A stretch of 63,692 bases of DNA, the filler included, from Dehalococcoidia bacterium (GTDB lineage Bacteria > Chloroflexota > Dehalococcoidia > DSTF01 > RBG-16-68-14): NCBI GenBank assembly GCA_040882355.1. It is 4 parts of 4 records of this genome, joined end to end, with 100 filler letters (N's around TTAATTAATTAA, not from the genome) between each part and the next. Parts side by side here need not be neighbours in the genome. Positions count along the whole stretch, not along the records: positions 36,048 to 53,873 come from JBBEBM010000051.1; positions 53,974 to 63,692 come from JBBEBM010000080.1; 2 more parts are not named here. One strand, 5' to 3'. Positions within the stretch are counted from its first letter, which is position 1. Each line of letters begins with the position of its first letter. Made by a program: the position numbers and the translations under genes. Shown piece by piece: positions 47,761 to 56,586 of this stretch. The notes beneath the pieces were generated by a model. It was given only the letters and a program-made list of their open reading frames with translations. It had not been told where the DNA came from and did no database searches.

Positions 47761-48546
47761 ATGCGTGAGAACAGCGTGAAACAGACCTGGCGCGAAGGGA
47801 AGCCGACGTTCGGCGCCTGGCTCTCGATCCCGAGCGCCTTCTCGGCCGAGGTGATGGCGCACCAGGGCTTCGACTGGCTCTGCATCGACATGCAGCACGG
47901 CGTGATCGACTACCAGGTCGCCGTCACGATGCTCCAGGCGATCTCCACGACGGAGACGATCCCGTTCGCGCGCGTCCCCTGGAACGAGCCGGGCATCATC
48001 GGCAAGGTGCTGGACGCCGGCGCCTACGGGGTGATCATCCCGCTGGTGAACACCGTTGAACAGGCGCGGGCTGCGGTGAGCGCCTGCCGCTACGCGCCCG
48101 AGGGCGCCCGCAGCTTCGGGCCGACGCGCGCCGCCTACTACGCCGGTGCCGACTACGCCGCCAACGCCAACCGCGAGATCGCCTGCATCCCGATGATCGA
48201 GACGAAGACCGCCGTCGACCACCTCGATGAGATCCTCTCCGTGCCTGGCATCGACGCGGTCTACGTCGGACCGGCGGACCTGAGCCTGACCCTCGGCCTG
48301 CCGCCCGCGCCCTACCACGATGAACCCTCGTTCGAGCAGGCGCGGCTCGCCATCGCGGAGGGATGCCGGAAGCACGGCATCGTCGCCGGCATGCACGCCA
48401 ACGCGACGCTTGCGCCCAAGCACCTCGAAGCGGGCTACCGCATGATCACCGTCTCGTCCGACATCGCGGCGATGGCCGGCGGCGCGGGCCGCGATCTGCG
48501 CTTGGTGCGCGAGCACGGCGCGTCGGGCCAGCCCGTGTACGGTTGA
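47761..48546 (+). CDS. HpcH/HpaI aldolase (GarL-like)
   Basis: GFDWLCIDMQHG, RVP.N, LDAGA.G, Y.PEG.RS, MIET, GPADL. Confidence 0.92.
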   Translation: MRENSVKQTWREGKPTFGAWLSIPSAFSAEVMAHQGFDWLCIDMQHGVIDYQVAVTMLQAISTTETIPFARVPWNEPGIIGKVLDAGAYGVIIPLVNTVEQARAAVSACRYAPEGARSFGPTRAAYYAGADYAANANREIACIPMIETKTAVDHLDEILSVPGIDAVYVGPADLSLTLGLPPAPYHDEPSFEQARLAIAEGCRKHGIVAGMHANATLAPKHLEAGYRMITVSSDIAAMAGGAGRDLRLVREHGASGQPVYG

Positions 48547-48574
48547 CCTTGAGCGAGAGTGAGCGCATCTGATC

Positions 48575-48601
48575 TGTCATGCTGAGCAAAGCGAAGCATC
48601 T
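48575..48601. repeat. TGTCATGCTGAGC...GAAGCATCT repeat copy
   Basis: Reverse complement of the 27088 and 27165 copies. Confidence 0.7.
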
Positions 48602-48664
48602 TTCGTCTCCCCAACTCACAACAAGGCCCTGGGTGACGGCCACGGATCCGAGCGAAAGGAACGT

Positions 48665-49516
48665 ATGGTGACATCATTCCGAGGCGTTGCCGCAGGACTA
48701 GGCTTCACCGAGGGCCCTGTCTGGACCCAGGACGGCCGCCTGCTTCTCGTCTCTACCAGCCACGGCGTCATCTACGAAGTGAGCGACAGCGGCACCGCGA
48801 GCGTCTTCGCTCGCACGGGAGGCGGGCCGAACGGGATGGCGGAAGCGGCCGATGGCTCGCTCTATGTCGCGCAGAACGGCGGCGTCTACGGCGTCGGCGA
48901 GCGCACGCCCGACCAAGCCGCCCCGGGCATCCAGCGCGTCGCCGGCAACGGCGTCGCCTATCTGGCGGAGGGCCTCGACGCGCCGAACGACTGCTGCTGC
49001 GGGCCGGAGGGGCGGCTCTACTTCCCCGACCCGCGCGGCCCGGCGAACGGCGAGAACCAGGAGCCGGGCCGCGTCTTCACCATGGCCCCCGACGGCGCGC
49101 TTGGGATGCTGGCTGAAGGGCCGCGGTTCACCAACGGGATCGCGTTTGGCCCGGACCCGGCGCAGCTCTACGTCTCCGAGACGTTCGGCCAGCGCGTCCT
49201 GGTCTATTCCGTGGCGGGCGCCGCGCTGGGCGAGCCGGCCGAGTTCTGCCGCATCGATCCCGGCTTCCCGGACGGGATGTGCTTCGACCGGCAGGGGCGT
49301 CTCTACGTGGCCAGCACGCTCGCGGGGCAGGTCCAGGTCTTCGACGCCGCTGGCAAGCTCACGGAGCGTCTGGCCTGCGGCGATGAATCGATGCCGACGA
49401 ACGTTTGTTTCGGCGGCACAGACGGCCGCACCCTTTTCGTCACGGATGCCAGAGCCGAGCGGCTCCTCGCGTTCGAGCGAGAAGCGGCCGGGCTCCCACT
49501 CTTTCCGTTCCGCTAG
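48665..49516 (+). CDS. SMP-30/gluconolactonase family protein
   Basis: FTEGPVW, PNG, PND, NGIAF, PDGM.FD..G.LYVA, PTNVCFGG.D..TLFVT. Confidence 0.9.
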   Translation: MVTSFRGVAAGLGFTEGPVWTQDGRLLLVSTSHGVIYEVSDSGTASVFARTGGGPNGMAEAADGSLYVAQNGGVYGVGERTPDQAAPGIQRVAGNGVAYLAEGLDAPNDCCCGPEGRLYFPDPRGPANGENQEPGRVFTMAPDGALGMLAEGPRFTNGIAFGPDPAQLYVSETFGQRVLVYSVAGAALGEPAEFCRIDPGFPDGMCFDRQGRLYVASTLAGQVQVFDAAGKLTERLACGDESMPTNVCFGGTDGRTLFVTDARAERLLAFEREAAGLPLFPFR

Positions 49517-49590
49517 GCTCCTACGTCGAACGTTCGCCGCTTCCCTCCTAAAGCCAGCACCATCCGCCACCGACTACACATACGTAGGCT

Positions 49591-50229
49591 ATGAACGCCC
49601 GTATGCTACGCACTGCCCTCCTGCTCATCGCCGTCTTCGCCGCCGCCGCGGGCCTCGTTCACGGCGCGGCTTCGGGCGCCCCGCTTGGCGCCGCCCTGGG
49701 CGCAGCCACCATGGCCGCGATCGTCCTGGCGCTTGGACTGGAGCGACTACACCCGTCGCCGAAGACCAACCTGGTCGGCAAGATGGCCCAGCAGGCCGAC
49801 CTCGGGCGAAAGTTGGCCATCTACGAGCGACAGACCGGCCTCTTCGCTCACTGGTACCTCGCCCTTCGCTGCGAGGAAGAGTGCCGGCGGGCCAAGCGCT
49901 ACGAGCATCCGCTCACGGTGCTCCTCATCGAGCCCGCGCGTACCTCGAAGGCGTGGGACGTGAACGAGCAGCTCGTCGGCTGGCTGCGCGGCCAGCTCCG
50001 CGGGACTGACCTGGCCGGCTACCTGGGGAACGGGCGCTACGTTGTCCTCATGCCGGAGACGACCGTGGCGCGCGCCAGGCGCGTCTCCAAGCGCGTACTG
50101 CGCGAGGTAGATGGCAGCGAGGCGGGCCTGAGCTGCCATCCGGATGACGGCGCCACCTTCGACGAGCTCTGCGAGGCGGCCAAGGAGCGGTTGGCCGGAC
50201 TCAAGTCGGGCCCTCGTCGCGCTGCGTAG
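49591..50229 (+). CDS. Membrane protein with degenerate GGDEF-like domain
   Basis: Two TMs; TGL...EEECRRAKRY.HPL; LR.TDL.GYLGNGRY..LMPET with no GGDEF motif. Confidence 0.75.
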   Translation: MNARMLRTALLLIAVFAAAAGLVHGAASGAPLGAALGAATMAAIVLALGLERLHPSPKTNLVGKMAQQADLGRKLAIYERQTGLFAHWYLALRCEEECRRAKRYEHPLTVLLIEPARTSKAWDVNEQLVGWLRGQLRGTDLAGYLGNGRYVVLMPETTVARARRVSKRVLREVDGSEAGLSCHPDDGATFDELCEAAKERLAGLKSGPRRAA

Positions 50230-51222
50230 CTAGGGCCGCACTCGCGGCAACACCTGCCGTCCATAGAACTCGATCACACGACCCTGGTCGCGCTGGGGCG
50301 AGTGGATGAAGATGTGCGTCGCGCCCAGCTCCGCAAGCTCTCCGATCGCCGCGACGTGCTCACCCGGATCGGCGCTCACCAGCCAGCCGGCCACCGTCTT
50401 CTCCGGCGACGAGCGTTCCTCAGCCACGCGCTGCACCTGGCGCGGGTCAGCAACGTCGACTACCTCATTGAAGACGGGCAGGAACTGCCAGAGCCTCGCC
50501 GCCTCCAACGCCTCATCGCGCTCGCCCGCCACGAGCCAGAGCTCGACGATACGCGCGAGCGTGCTCGCGTCACGGCCCGCCTCGCGCGCGCCCTCAAAGA
50601 AGGAGTCGCGCACGTCGGGCCGGCCGCGTGCCGTCGCGGGATCGGTGATCCAGCCGTCGGCCTCGCGTCCGGCGATGCGGGCGCTGCGCGGGCCCGACGC
50701 CGCGACGTAGATCGGCACGGGCGCCGCGGGCTTGTCGTAGATGCGCACCGCTTCCGCCCGGTAGTACTTGCCGTCGAAGTCGACGAACTCCTCGCTCCAG
50801 AGGCGGCGGATGAGGTGGATCGCCTCCGTCAGCCGCTCGGCGCGCTCGCTATAGGGGCCCCATTCGCCGGTCGTCGGTTGCTCGTTCAGCGCCTCACCCG
50901 TGCCCAGTCCGAGGAACACGCGCCCCGGATAGAGCGCGCCCAGCGTCGCGAAGGCGTGCGCGACCAGCGCCGGGTGGTAACGATACGTCGGGCAGTTGAC
51001 GGCAGTGCCCAGCAGGAGGCGTCGAGTTCGCGCGCCAATAGCGGCGAGAGTCATCCACGCGTGAGCGGCGTGACCCTGGTTGTCCTGCCAGGGGTGGAGA
51101 TGGTCGCTGATCGAGAAGCCCTCGAAGCCCGCCTCCTCAGCAGCGACGCCCAACTCGACGATCTCGGCCGGCGCGAACTGTTCCGCCGCCGCGTGAAAGC
51201 CGATGAAGGGCGCCCCTGTCAC
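50230..51222 (-). CDS. F420-dependent LLM-class oxidoreductase (G6PDH-like)
   Basis: EQF.P, SDH.HPW, RYHPA.VA.AFATL, GLGTGEALNE, AASGP. Confidence 0.88.
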   Translation of the reverse strand: MTGAPFIGFHAAAEQFAPAEIVELGVAAEEAGFEGFSISDHLHPWQDNQGHAAHAWMTLAAIGARTRRLLLGTAVNCPTYRYHPALVAHAFATLGALYPGRVFLGLGTGEALNEQPTTGEWGPYSERAERLTEAIHLIRRLWSEEFVDFDGKYYRAEAVRIYDKPAAPVPIYVAASGPRSARIAGREADGWITDPATARGRPDVRDSFFEGAREAGRDASTLARIVELWLVAGERDEALEAARLWQFLPVFNEVVDVADPRQVQRVAEERSSPEKTVAGWLVSADPGEHVAAIGELAELGATHIFIHSPQRDQGRVIEFYGRQVLPRVRP

Positions 51223-51227
51223 GTCGA

Positions 51228-52208
51228 TTACTTGCGCGCCGCCAGCACTTCCGGGTTGACGACCGCCTTCGGCGTCTCGCCGCGCAGCGCTGTCAGCAGG
51301 TTATCGATGGCGAGATCGAGCATCGCCTGGCGCGTCTCACGCGTCGCCGACCCGATGTGCGGCAGGATGACGGCGTTCGGGAGCGATAGGATCGGGTCGT
51401 CGTCCGCGGGCGGCTCGCGCTCCAGCACGTCCAGCGCCACCCCGGCGATGCGGCCTTCGCGCAGCGCCTCCGTCAGCGCCGTCTGGTCGACCACAGGCCC
51501 CCGCGCCGTGTTAATCAGGTAGGCCGCCGGCTTCATGAGCGCCAGCTCGCGCGCGCCGATCAGCTTCTCAGTCTCATCCGTCAGGTTGACGTGCAACGTG
51601 ACGAAGTCGGCCTCACGCAAAAGATCGTCCAGCGAACGGTACGCGCAGTCCGCGAAGTCAGCGCCCGGGTCATCGAACACATCGTGGAAGCGCATCTGCA
51701 TGCCGAACGCCCGCGCCCGCTGCGCCACCGCCCGCCCAATCCGTCCGAAGCCGACGATGCCCAGCGTCTTTCCGCGCAGGTCGTTGCCCATGATGCCGCG
51801 CCCGGCCGCCCAATTCCCCTCCCGCACGATGCGCTCAGCTTCGACAACCTTCCGCGCCAGGTCGATGACGAGGCCCAGCGTCAGATCGGCGACGGCGTCG
51901 GTGAGCACGCCGGGCGTGTTGCAGACCAGGATGCCCTGGTCGGTCGCCGCGGCCACGTCGATGTTGTCGAAGCCGACGCCGAAGTTGGAGACGACGCGCA
52001 GCCTGGGCGCCGCCGCCAGCACCTCCGCGTCGACGGGCAACTGAGCGCTGCCCATCAGCCCCTCGACGTCGCCCAGCGCCGCGATCAGCGCCTCCTTCGG
52101 CGCCTGCCCGCCCGGGCCCTCGTAGCGCTGCATCTCGCACTCGGCGTCGATGCGCGCCAGGGCCTCCACCGGCCAGCGTAGCGCAACGAACACGCGCGGC
52201 TTCGCCAT
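51228..52208 (-). CDS. D-2-hydroxyacid dehydrogenase (glyoxylate/hydroxypyruvate reductase-like)
   Basis: GVGFDNID, NTPGV, G.VGFGRIG, INTARG.VVD, LDV...EP, PHIGSAT. Confidence 0.92.
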   Translation of the reverse strand: MAKPRVFVALRWPVEALARIDAECEMQRYEGPGGQAPKEALIAALGDVEGLMGSAQLPVDAEVLAAAPRLRVVSNFGVGFDNIDVAAATDQGILVCNTPGVLTDAVADLTLGLVIDLARKVVEAERIVREGNWAAGRGIMGNDLRGKTLGIVGFGRIGRAVAQRARAFGMQMRFHDVFDDPGADFADCAYRSLDDLLREADFVTLHVNLTDETEKLIGARELALMKPAAYLINTARGPVVDQTALTEALREGRIAGVALDVLEREPPADDDPILSLPNAVILPHIGSATRETRQAMLDLAIDNLLTALRGETPKAVVNPEVLAARK

Positions 52209-52229
52209 CAGTCGCGCCACCTCAAGCGT

Positions 52230-53078
52230 TTAGTCAATGTCCACAATTCTGATGAAGTCAGCCTCGCCGAGAATCCGGAGTGGCTGCCCGGATAGAATTA
52301 GCGATTCCGCTTTGCGGTGTTTGGAGCTTAGCTGGTGCCCAGCTAAACAGCGGAGGTCTTGGTCTCCGACCACTAGCAAGGTCGTCTTCTTCGTCACGGA
52401 TGTCTCTACATCGCACCCTACTGATGCTGCAAGGTCAGCCGCCTCACGACGGGCGATCGCGAGCGCACCTGTGAAAACAATGACTTCACCAGCAAGTGGG
52501 CCTTCTGGATTCCCGGTCAGCTTGATCTGAGAAGACGAGCTACCCTCCGACGAGATTCGGACGAACCAGTCTTCGACGGATAGCCCAGTTTCCGCCATCG
52601 CGTGTGCGAGGATCATGCCGGCCGCGCGGGCATCTTCATCTGCTTTGTGATGGACAAAGGTGATCCCGCACCACCGGGCCATATCGGCAAGACCATAACC
52701 GGACTTCGCAAACTGAGTCCAAGTGCGCCGAACGACGCGGGCAGTATCAAGCCAGCGACACTCGATTGCTGGGAGGCGGTACCTTTCAGTGGCGCGAGCC
52801 ATAGCGAGCCGGTCGAACGCGGTATGGGACACGACGATCCTTCCATCGAGGAGGGGCCTGAGCAATTCCATCGCTACGGGAAAGGTGCCACAACCGCTTA
52901 CGCTCGACTCGTCGATTCCGTGTATCGAAACGTTGACGGGGTTGAACTCGTCCTCAGGGTCGACGAGTATCTGGAAGGTGTTCGATGGCTTCAAGTCCTT
53001 GAAGGTAACGACTCCGACTTGGCAGATGCTGGCCAAGTCGGCATTGGCAGTCTCAACGTCTATCGCGGTGAAGTCCAT
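52230..53078 (-). CDS. DnaQ-like 3'-5' exonuclease fused to BRCT domain
   Basis: AIDVETAN, H..FD, HH.A..DA; IVFTGAL...R...SVTKKT..LVVG...K..KA. Confidence 0.88.
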   Translation of the reverse strand: MDFTAIDVETANADLASICQVGVVTFKDLKPSNTFQILVDPEDEFNPVNVSIHGIDESSVSGCGTFPVAMELLRPLLDGRIVVSHTAFDRLAMARATERYRLPAIECRWLDTARVVRRTWTQFAKSGYGLADMARWCGITFVHHKADEDARAAGMILAHAMAETGLSVEDWFVRISSEGSSSSQIKLTGNPEGPLAGEVIVFTGALAIARREAADLAASVGCDVETSVTKKTTLLVVGDQDLRCLAGHQLSSKHRKAESLILSGQPLRILGEADFIRIVDID

Positions 53079-53123
53079 TACCGCCCACCCTCCTGCAAGG
53101 CACGAAGCAGCGAGTGCACCGCC

Positions 53124-53873
53124 TTACTCGAACTCCCAAGCGCCGCCGTCCTTGAACGAGCGCAGGATGCGGCGCGCGACGACCATGCGGTGCACTTCGT
53201 CGGGGCCGTCGTAGATGCGGGCGGCGCGCGCGTCGCGGTACATGCGCGCCAGCGGCGTGTCCTCGGAGACGCCCAGCGCGCCGTGCACCTGGATCGCCCG
53301 GTCGATGACGTTGTGGAGCGCCGTCGCCCCCCAGAACTTGATCAGCGAGATCTCCACGCGCGCCTCGTCGCCCTGGTCGATCTTGTGGGCCGCGTGCAGC
53401 GTGAGCAGTCGCGACGCCTGGATCTCCGCCGCCGAATCGGCGATCCAGTTCTGCACCGTCTGCTTGTCCGCGAGCGGGCCTCCGAACGCCTCGCGCGAGA
53501 GCGCCCGGCGGCAGAGGAGCTCGAAGGCGCGCTGCATCTGCCCCAGCCAGCGCATGGAGTGATGGATCCGGCCCGGCCCGAGGCGCTTCTGCGCGATGCG
53601 GAAGCCGTCGCCCGGCTCGCCGAGCGTGTTCGTGACGGGCACGCGACAGTCCTCGTATCGGATCTCGCAGTGGGCGCCCGCGGTCTCGCCCATCACGGCG
53701 ACCGGCCGAATGAGATTGAAGCCGGGCGTGTCGGTCGGGACGATGATCTGGCTCATGCGCCGGTGCTGCTCGGCGTCCGGATCGCTCACGCACATCACGA
53801 TAGCGAACGTCGCGCCGATCGCGCCGCTGGTGAACCACTTGTGGCCGTTGATCACCCACTCGTCGCCGTCGCG
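53124..53873 (-). CDS. Acyl-CoA dehydrogenase, 3' fragment (5' end lost at contig edge)
   Basis: INGHKWFTSGA, AQ.RLGPGRIHH.MR, DRAIQVHG..G, ARIYDGPDEVH. Confidence 0.92.
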   Translation of the reverse strand, partial: RDGDEWVINGHKWFTSGAIGATFAIVMCVSDPDAEQHRRMSQIIVPTDTPGFNLIRPVAVMGETAGAHCEIRYEDCRVPVTNTLGEPGDGFRIAQKRLGPGRIHHSMRWLGQMQRAFELLCRRALSREAFGGPLADKQTVQNWIADSAAEIQASRLLTLHAAHKIDQGDEARVEISLIKFWGATALHNVIDRAIQVHGALGVSEDTPLARMYRDARAARIYDGPDEVHRMVVARRILRSFKDGGAWEFE

Positions 53874-53973
53874 NNNNNNNNNNNNNNNNNNNNNNNNNNN
53901 NNNNNNNNNNNNNNNNNTTAATTAATTAANNNNNNNNNNNNNNNNNNNNNNNNNNNNNNNNNNNNNNNNNNNN
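53874..53973. other. Artificial contig linker
   Basis: N run with TTAATTAATTAA. Confidence 0.97.
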
Positions 53974-53975
53974 TC

Positions 53976-54986
53976 GGGCAGGTGATGGAGGACGCGTACA
54001 TCGCGCGCCACGCCGCCGTCAAGGCCGGCCTGCCCATCGAAGTGCCCGCGTACACCGTGAACCGCATCTGTGGCAGCGGCCTCGAGGCGATCAACACGGC
54101 GGCCCGCTGGATCGAGACGGGCGACGCTTCGGTCATCGTCGCCGGCGGCGCCGAAAACATGACGATGATGCCGTACTACCTGCGCAACGGGCGCTACGGT
54201 TACCGGTTGGGCCACGGTGAGGTGGAGGATGGCATCACGCATCTTCTAAGCGACCCCTTCAGTAAGTCGTCCATGGGGATCACGGCCGAGAACCTGGCCG
54301 AGAAGTACGAGGTCTCGCGCGAGCAGCAGGACGAGGTCGCCCTGCGCAGCCAGCAACGCGCCGCCGCCGCGATGGAGGCGGGCAGGTTCAAGGACGAGAT
54401 CGTCCCGGTCGAGGTGAAGGCCGGTCGCGAGACCAAAGTCATCGACACCGACGAGCACCCCCGCGCCGACACGACCGCTGAGTCGCTCGCGAAGCTGCGC
54501 CCAGCCTTCAAGGAGGGCGGCATGGTGACGGCTGGTAACGCCAGCGGCATCAACGATGGCGCTGCTGCCGTCGTGGTGATGAGCCGTTCGAAGGCCGACG
54601 AGCTTGGCCTCAAGCCGCGTCTGCGCATGGTCGCGCGCGCCGAGGCGGGCGTGGAGCCGTCGATCATGGGCAGCGGGCCCATCCCGGCCGTGAAGCGTGT
54701 GCTGCAGAAGGCGGGCATGGACGCAGACCAGATCGACGTGATCGAGCTGAACGAGGCGTTCGCGTCAGTCGCCGCAGCCTGCGCAACCGCGCTCGGTCTC
54801 GATGACGAGAAGACGAACCCGAACGGCGGCGCCATCGCGCTCGGCCACCCGATCGGCGCGTCGGGCGCTATCCTCACCGTCAAGCTGATGTATGAGCTGG
54901 AGCGACGCCAGGCGAAGTACGGCCTCGTCAGCCTCTGCATCGGCGGCGGGCAGGGCATCGCCACCATCTTCGAGCGCGTCAGCTAG
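53976..54986 (+). CDS. Acetyl-CoA C-acyltransferase (thiolase), 5' truncated
   Basis: NRICGSG, TAGNASGINDGAAA, ELNEAFA, GGAIALGHPIGASG, LCIGGGQG. Confidence 0.95.
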   Translation, partial: GQVMEDAYIARHAAVKAGLPIEVPAYTVNRICGSGLEAINTAARWIETGDASVIVAGGAENMTMMPYYLRNGRYGYRLGHGEVEDGITHLLSDPFSKSSMGITAENLAEKYEVSREQQDEVALRSQQRAAAAMEAGRFKDEIVPVEVKAGRETKVIDTDEHPRADTTAESLAKLRPAFKEGGMVTAGNASGINDGAAAVVVMSRSKADELGLKPRLRMVARAEAGVEPSIMGSGPIPAVKRVLQKAGMDADQIDVIELNEAFASVAAACATALGLDDEKTNPNGGAIALGHPIGASGAILTVKLMYELERRQAKYGLVSLCIGGGQGIATIFERVS

Positions 54987-55006
54987 GCGCTCTCGTCACG
55001 CACGCC

Positions 55007-55110
55007 GTAGCCGAGGCTCTCCAGCCTCGGCTGCTCGTTACGGCGGGATCGCCGCACGGCGACGAAGATGCCGTGCCAGCTCAACTCCGAAGGCCACGCT
55101 TTAGCGTGGC
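55007..55110. repeat. Two REP-like palindromes around a duplicated gene tail
   Basis: GTAG-ccgaggctctccagcctcgg (55007-55030) and GAAG-gccacgctttagcgtggc (55089-55110). Confidence 0.65.
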
Positions 55111-55122
55111 TTTCGCTCCATC

Positions 55123-55812
55123 TCACCTCACCGCGACGAAGATGCCGTAGTTGATGTGGCGCCATGCGCAGTCCACCGCGCGAAACCCGGCGCCTGCAAG
55201 CAGATCGAGCTGGCGCGGCAACGTCTCGTAGTGGTCGAACCTGCCCATGTGCGCGAGGATCGAGTCGATCTCGCTGACCGTGAGATGATCGGGTAGCCGC
55301 GCGAAGCGCTCCCAGCGGTCCCAGTGCAAGGCCTGAACGTACGGCACCGCTCCCGTCAGCTCGTCCGCGACCACGAGCGAGCCGCCGTCACGAAGCGCGC
55401 CGTGCAGCCTCTCGTAGAAGGGCGCTTTGTCGATGACGTGGTGGAGGCTCATGCTGGCCGTGATGCAATCGTATGCCTCCTCTTCGATCTCGAGGCTCTC
55501 GAACGTCGACGTCAGGAAAGTCGCTCGCTCGGCGACGCGAGGATGCGCCTCGCTCAGTCGGGCCTGCGTCAGATCCACCATCTCAGGCGCTGCGTCAACG
55601 ACCGTGATGCGCGCGTCCGGGCACCTGTCGGCGATCCGCAGCGTGAGCGCGCCCGTCCCGCAGCCCAACTCCAGGATGTCGTCCGCGCCCTCAGGCAAGC
55701 TCTCGACCAGCTCGTCGAGCATCTCCTGATAGCGCGGCAGCCCGCGTCGTATCAGCGAGTCGTACTTCTCAACCAGCGAACCGAAGTACTCGCCTACGGT
55801 GCTCTCAACCAC
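55123..55812 (-). CDS. Class I SAM-dependent methyltransferase
   Basis: ILELGCGTG, VD...M, SLHH, L..GG. Confidence 0.9.
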   Translation of the reverse strand: MVESTVGEYFGSLVEKYDSLIRRGLPRYQEMLDELVESLPEGADDILELGCGTGALTLRIADRCPDARITVVDAAPEMVDLTQARLSEAHPRVAERATFLTSTFESLEIEEEAYDCITASMSLHHVIDKAPFYERLHGALRDGGSLVVADELTGAVPYVQALHWDRWERFARLPDHLTVSEIDSILAHMGRFDHYETLPRQLDLLAGAGFRAVDCAWRHINYGIFVAVR

Positions 55813-55905
55813 TGCCTCTCCCTCAGGTGCCCGCATCGGTCGCGACCCATGCGCTCATTGTACGAGCGTAGCTGGCTGCTTTCGAGCGGAGAGATTACGA
55901 GTGAG

Positions 55906-56574
55906 TTACGAGTGTCGCGCTGCCTTCGCGAGCAGAGGTTCGACGCGCGCCCAGATCGCGTCGGTAACGGCGTCCGGCGGCTGGAGGGCATCGATGACGA
56001 GCCAGCGGTCCGGCTCCCGGTTCGCGAGTGTCTGGTAGCCCTGGCGCACGCGCTCGTGAAAGGCGCGCTCCTCCCGCCCGAAGCGGTCGGCGCGGCCTTC
56101 GGCCCCCGTTCGCGCGAGGCCGTCCTCCACCGGCAGGTCGAGGAGCACCGTGAGCTGCGGGCGCAGCCCTCGCGTGGCGGCGACGTTCAGCCGCTCGATC
56201 AGGTCGATGTCGACGCCCCGCCCGTAGGCCTGGTAGGCGAGCGTCGAGTCGCCGAAGCGGTCGCAGACGACGGCGTCGCCGCCCTCGAGCGCCGGGGCGA
56301 TCACCCGCGCCACCAGCTCCGCGCGCGCGGCGATGAAGAGCAGCGCCTCGGTCAGGGGTGTGAGGTCCGTGTTGGTGCGCGCCAGGTCGAGCAGGACCTC
56401 GCGCAGCCGCTCGCCGAGCGGCGTGCCGCCTGGCTCGCGTGTGCGCGCGACCGTCACGCCGGCGCCTTCGAGTCGGCGCGTGAGCGCCCCCGCCTGCAAC
56501 GACTTGCCGGCGCCCTCGCCGCCCTCCAGCGTGACGAAGGGGCCGCGCGTGCTGGGCTCGATCGAGTCGGACAT
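55906..56574 (-). CDS. tmk: Thymidylate kinase
   Basis: FVTLEGGEGAGKS, TREPGGT, CDRF.DST.AYQ.YGRG. Confidence 0.95.
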   Translation of the reverse strand: MSDSIEPSTRGPFVTLEGGEGAGKSLQAGALTRRLEGAGVTVARTREPGGTPLGERLREVLLDLARTNTDLTPLTEALLFIAARAELVARVIAPALEGGDAVVCDRFGDSTLAYQAYGRGVDIDLIERLNVAATRGLRPQLTVLLDLPVEDGLARTGAEGRADRFGREERAFHERVRQGYQTLANREPDRWLVIDALQPPDAVTDAIWARVEPLLAKAARHS

Positions 56575-56586
56575 CGCGTGTTGCGC

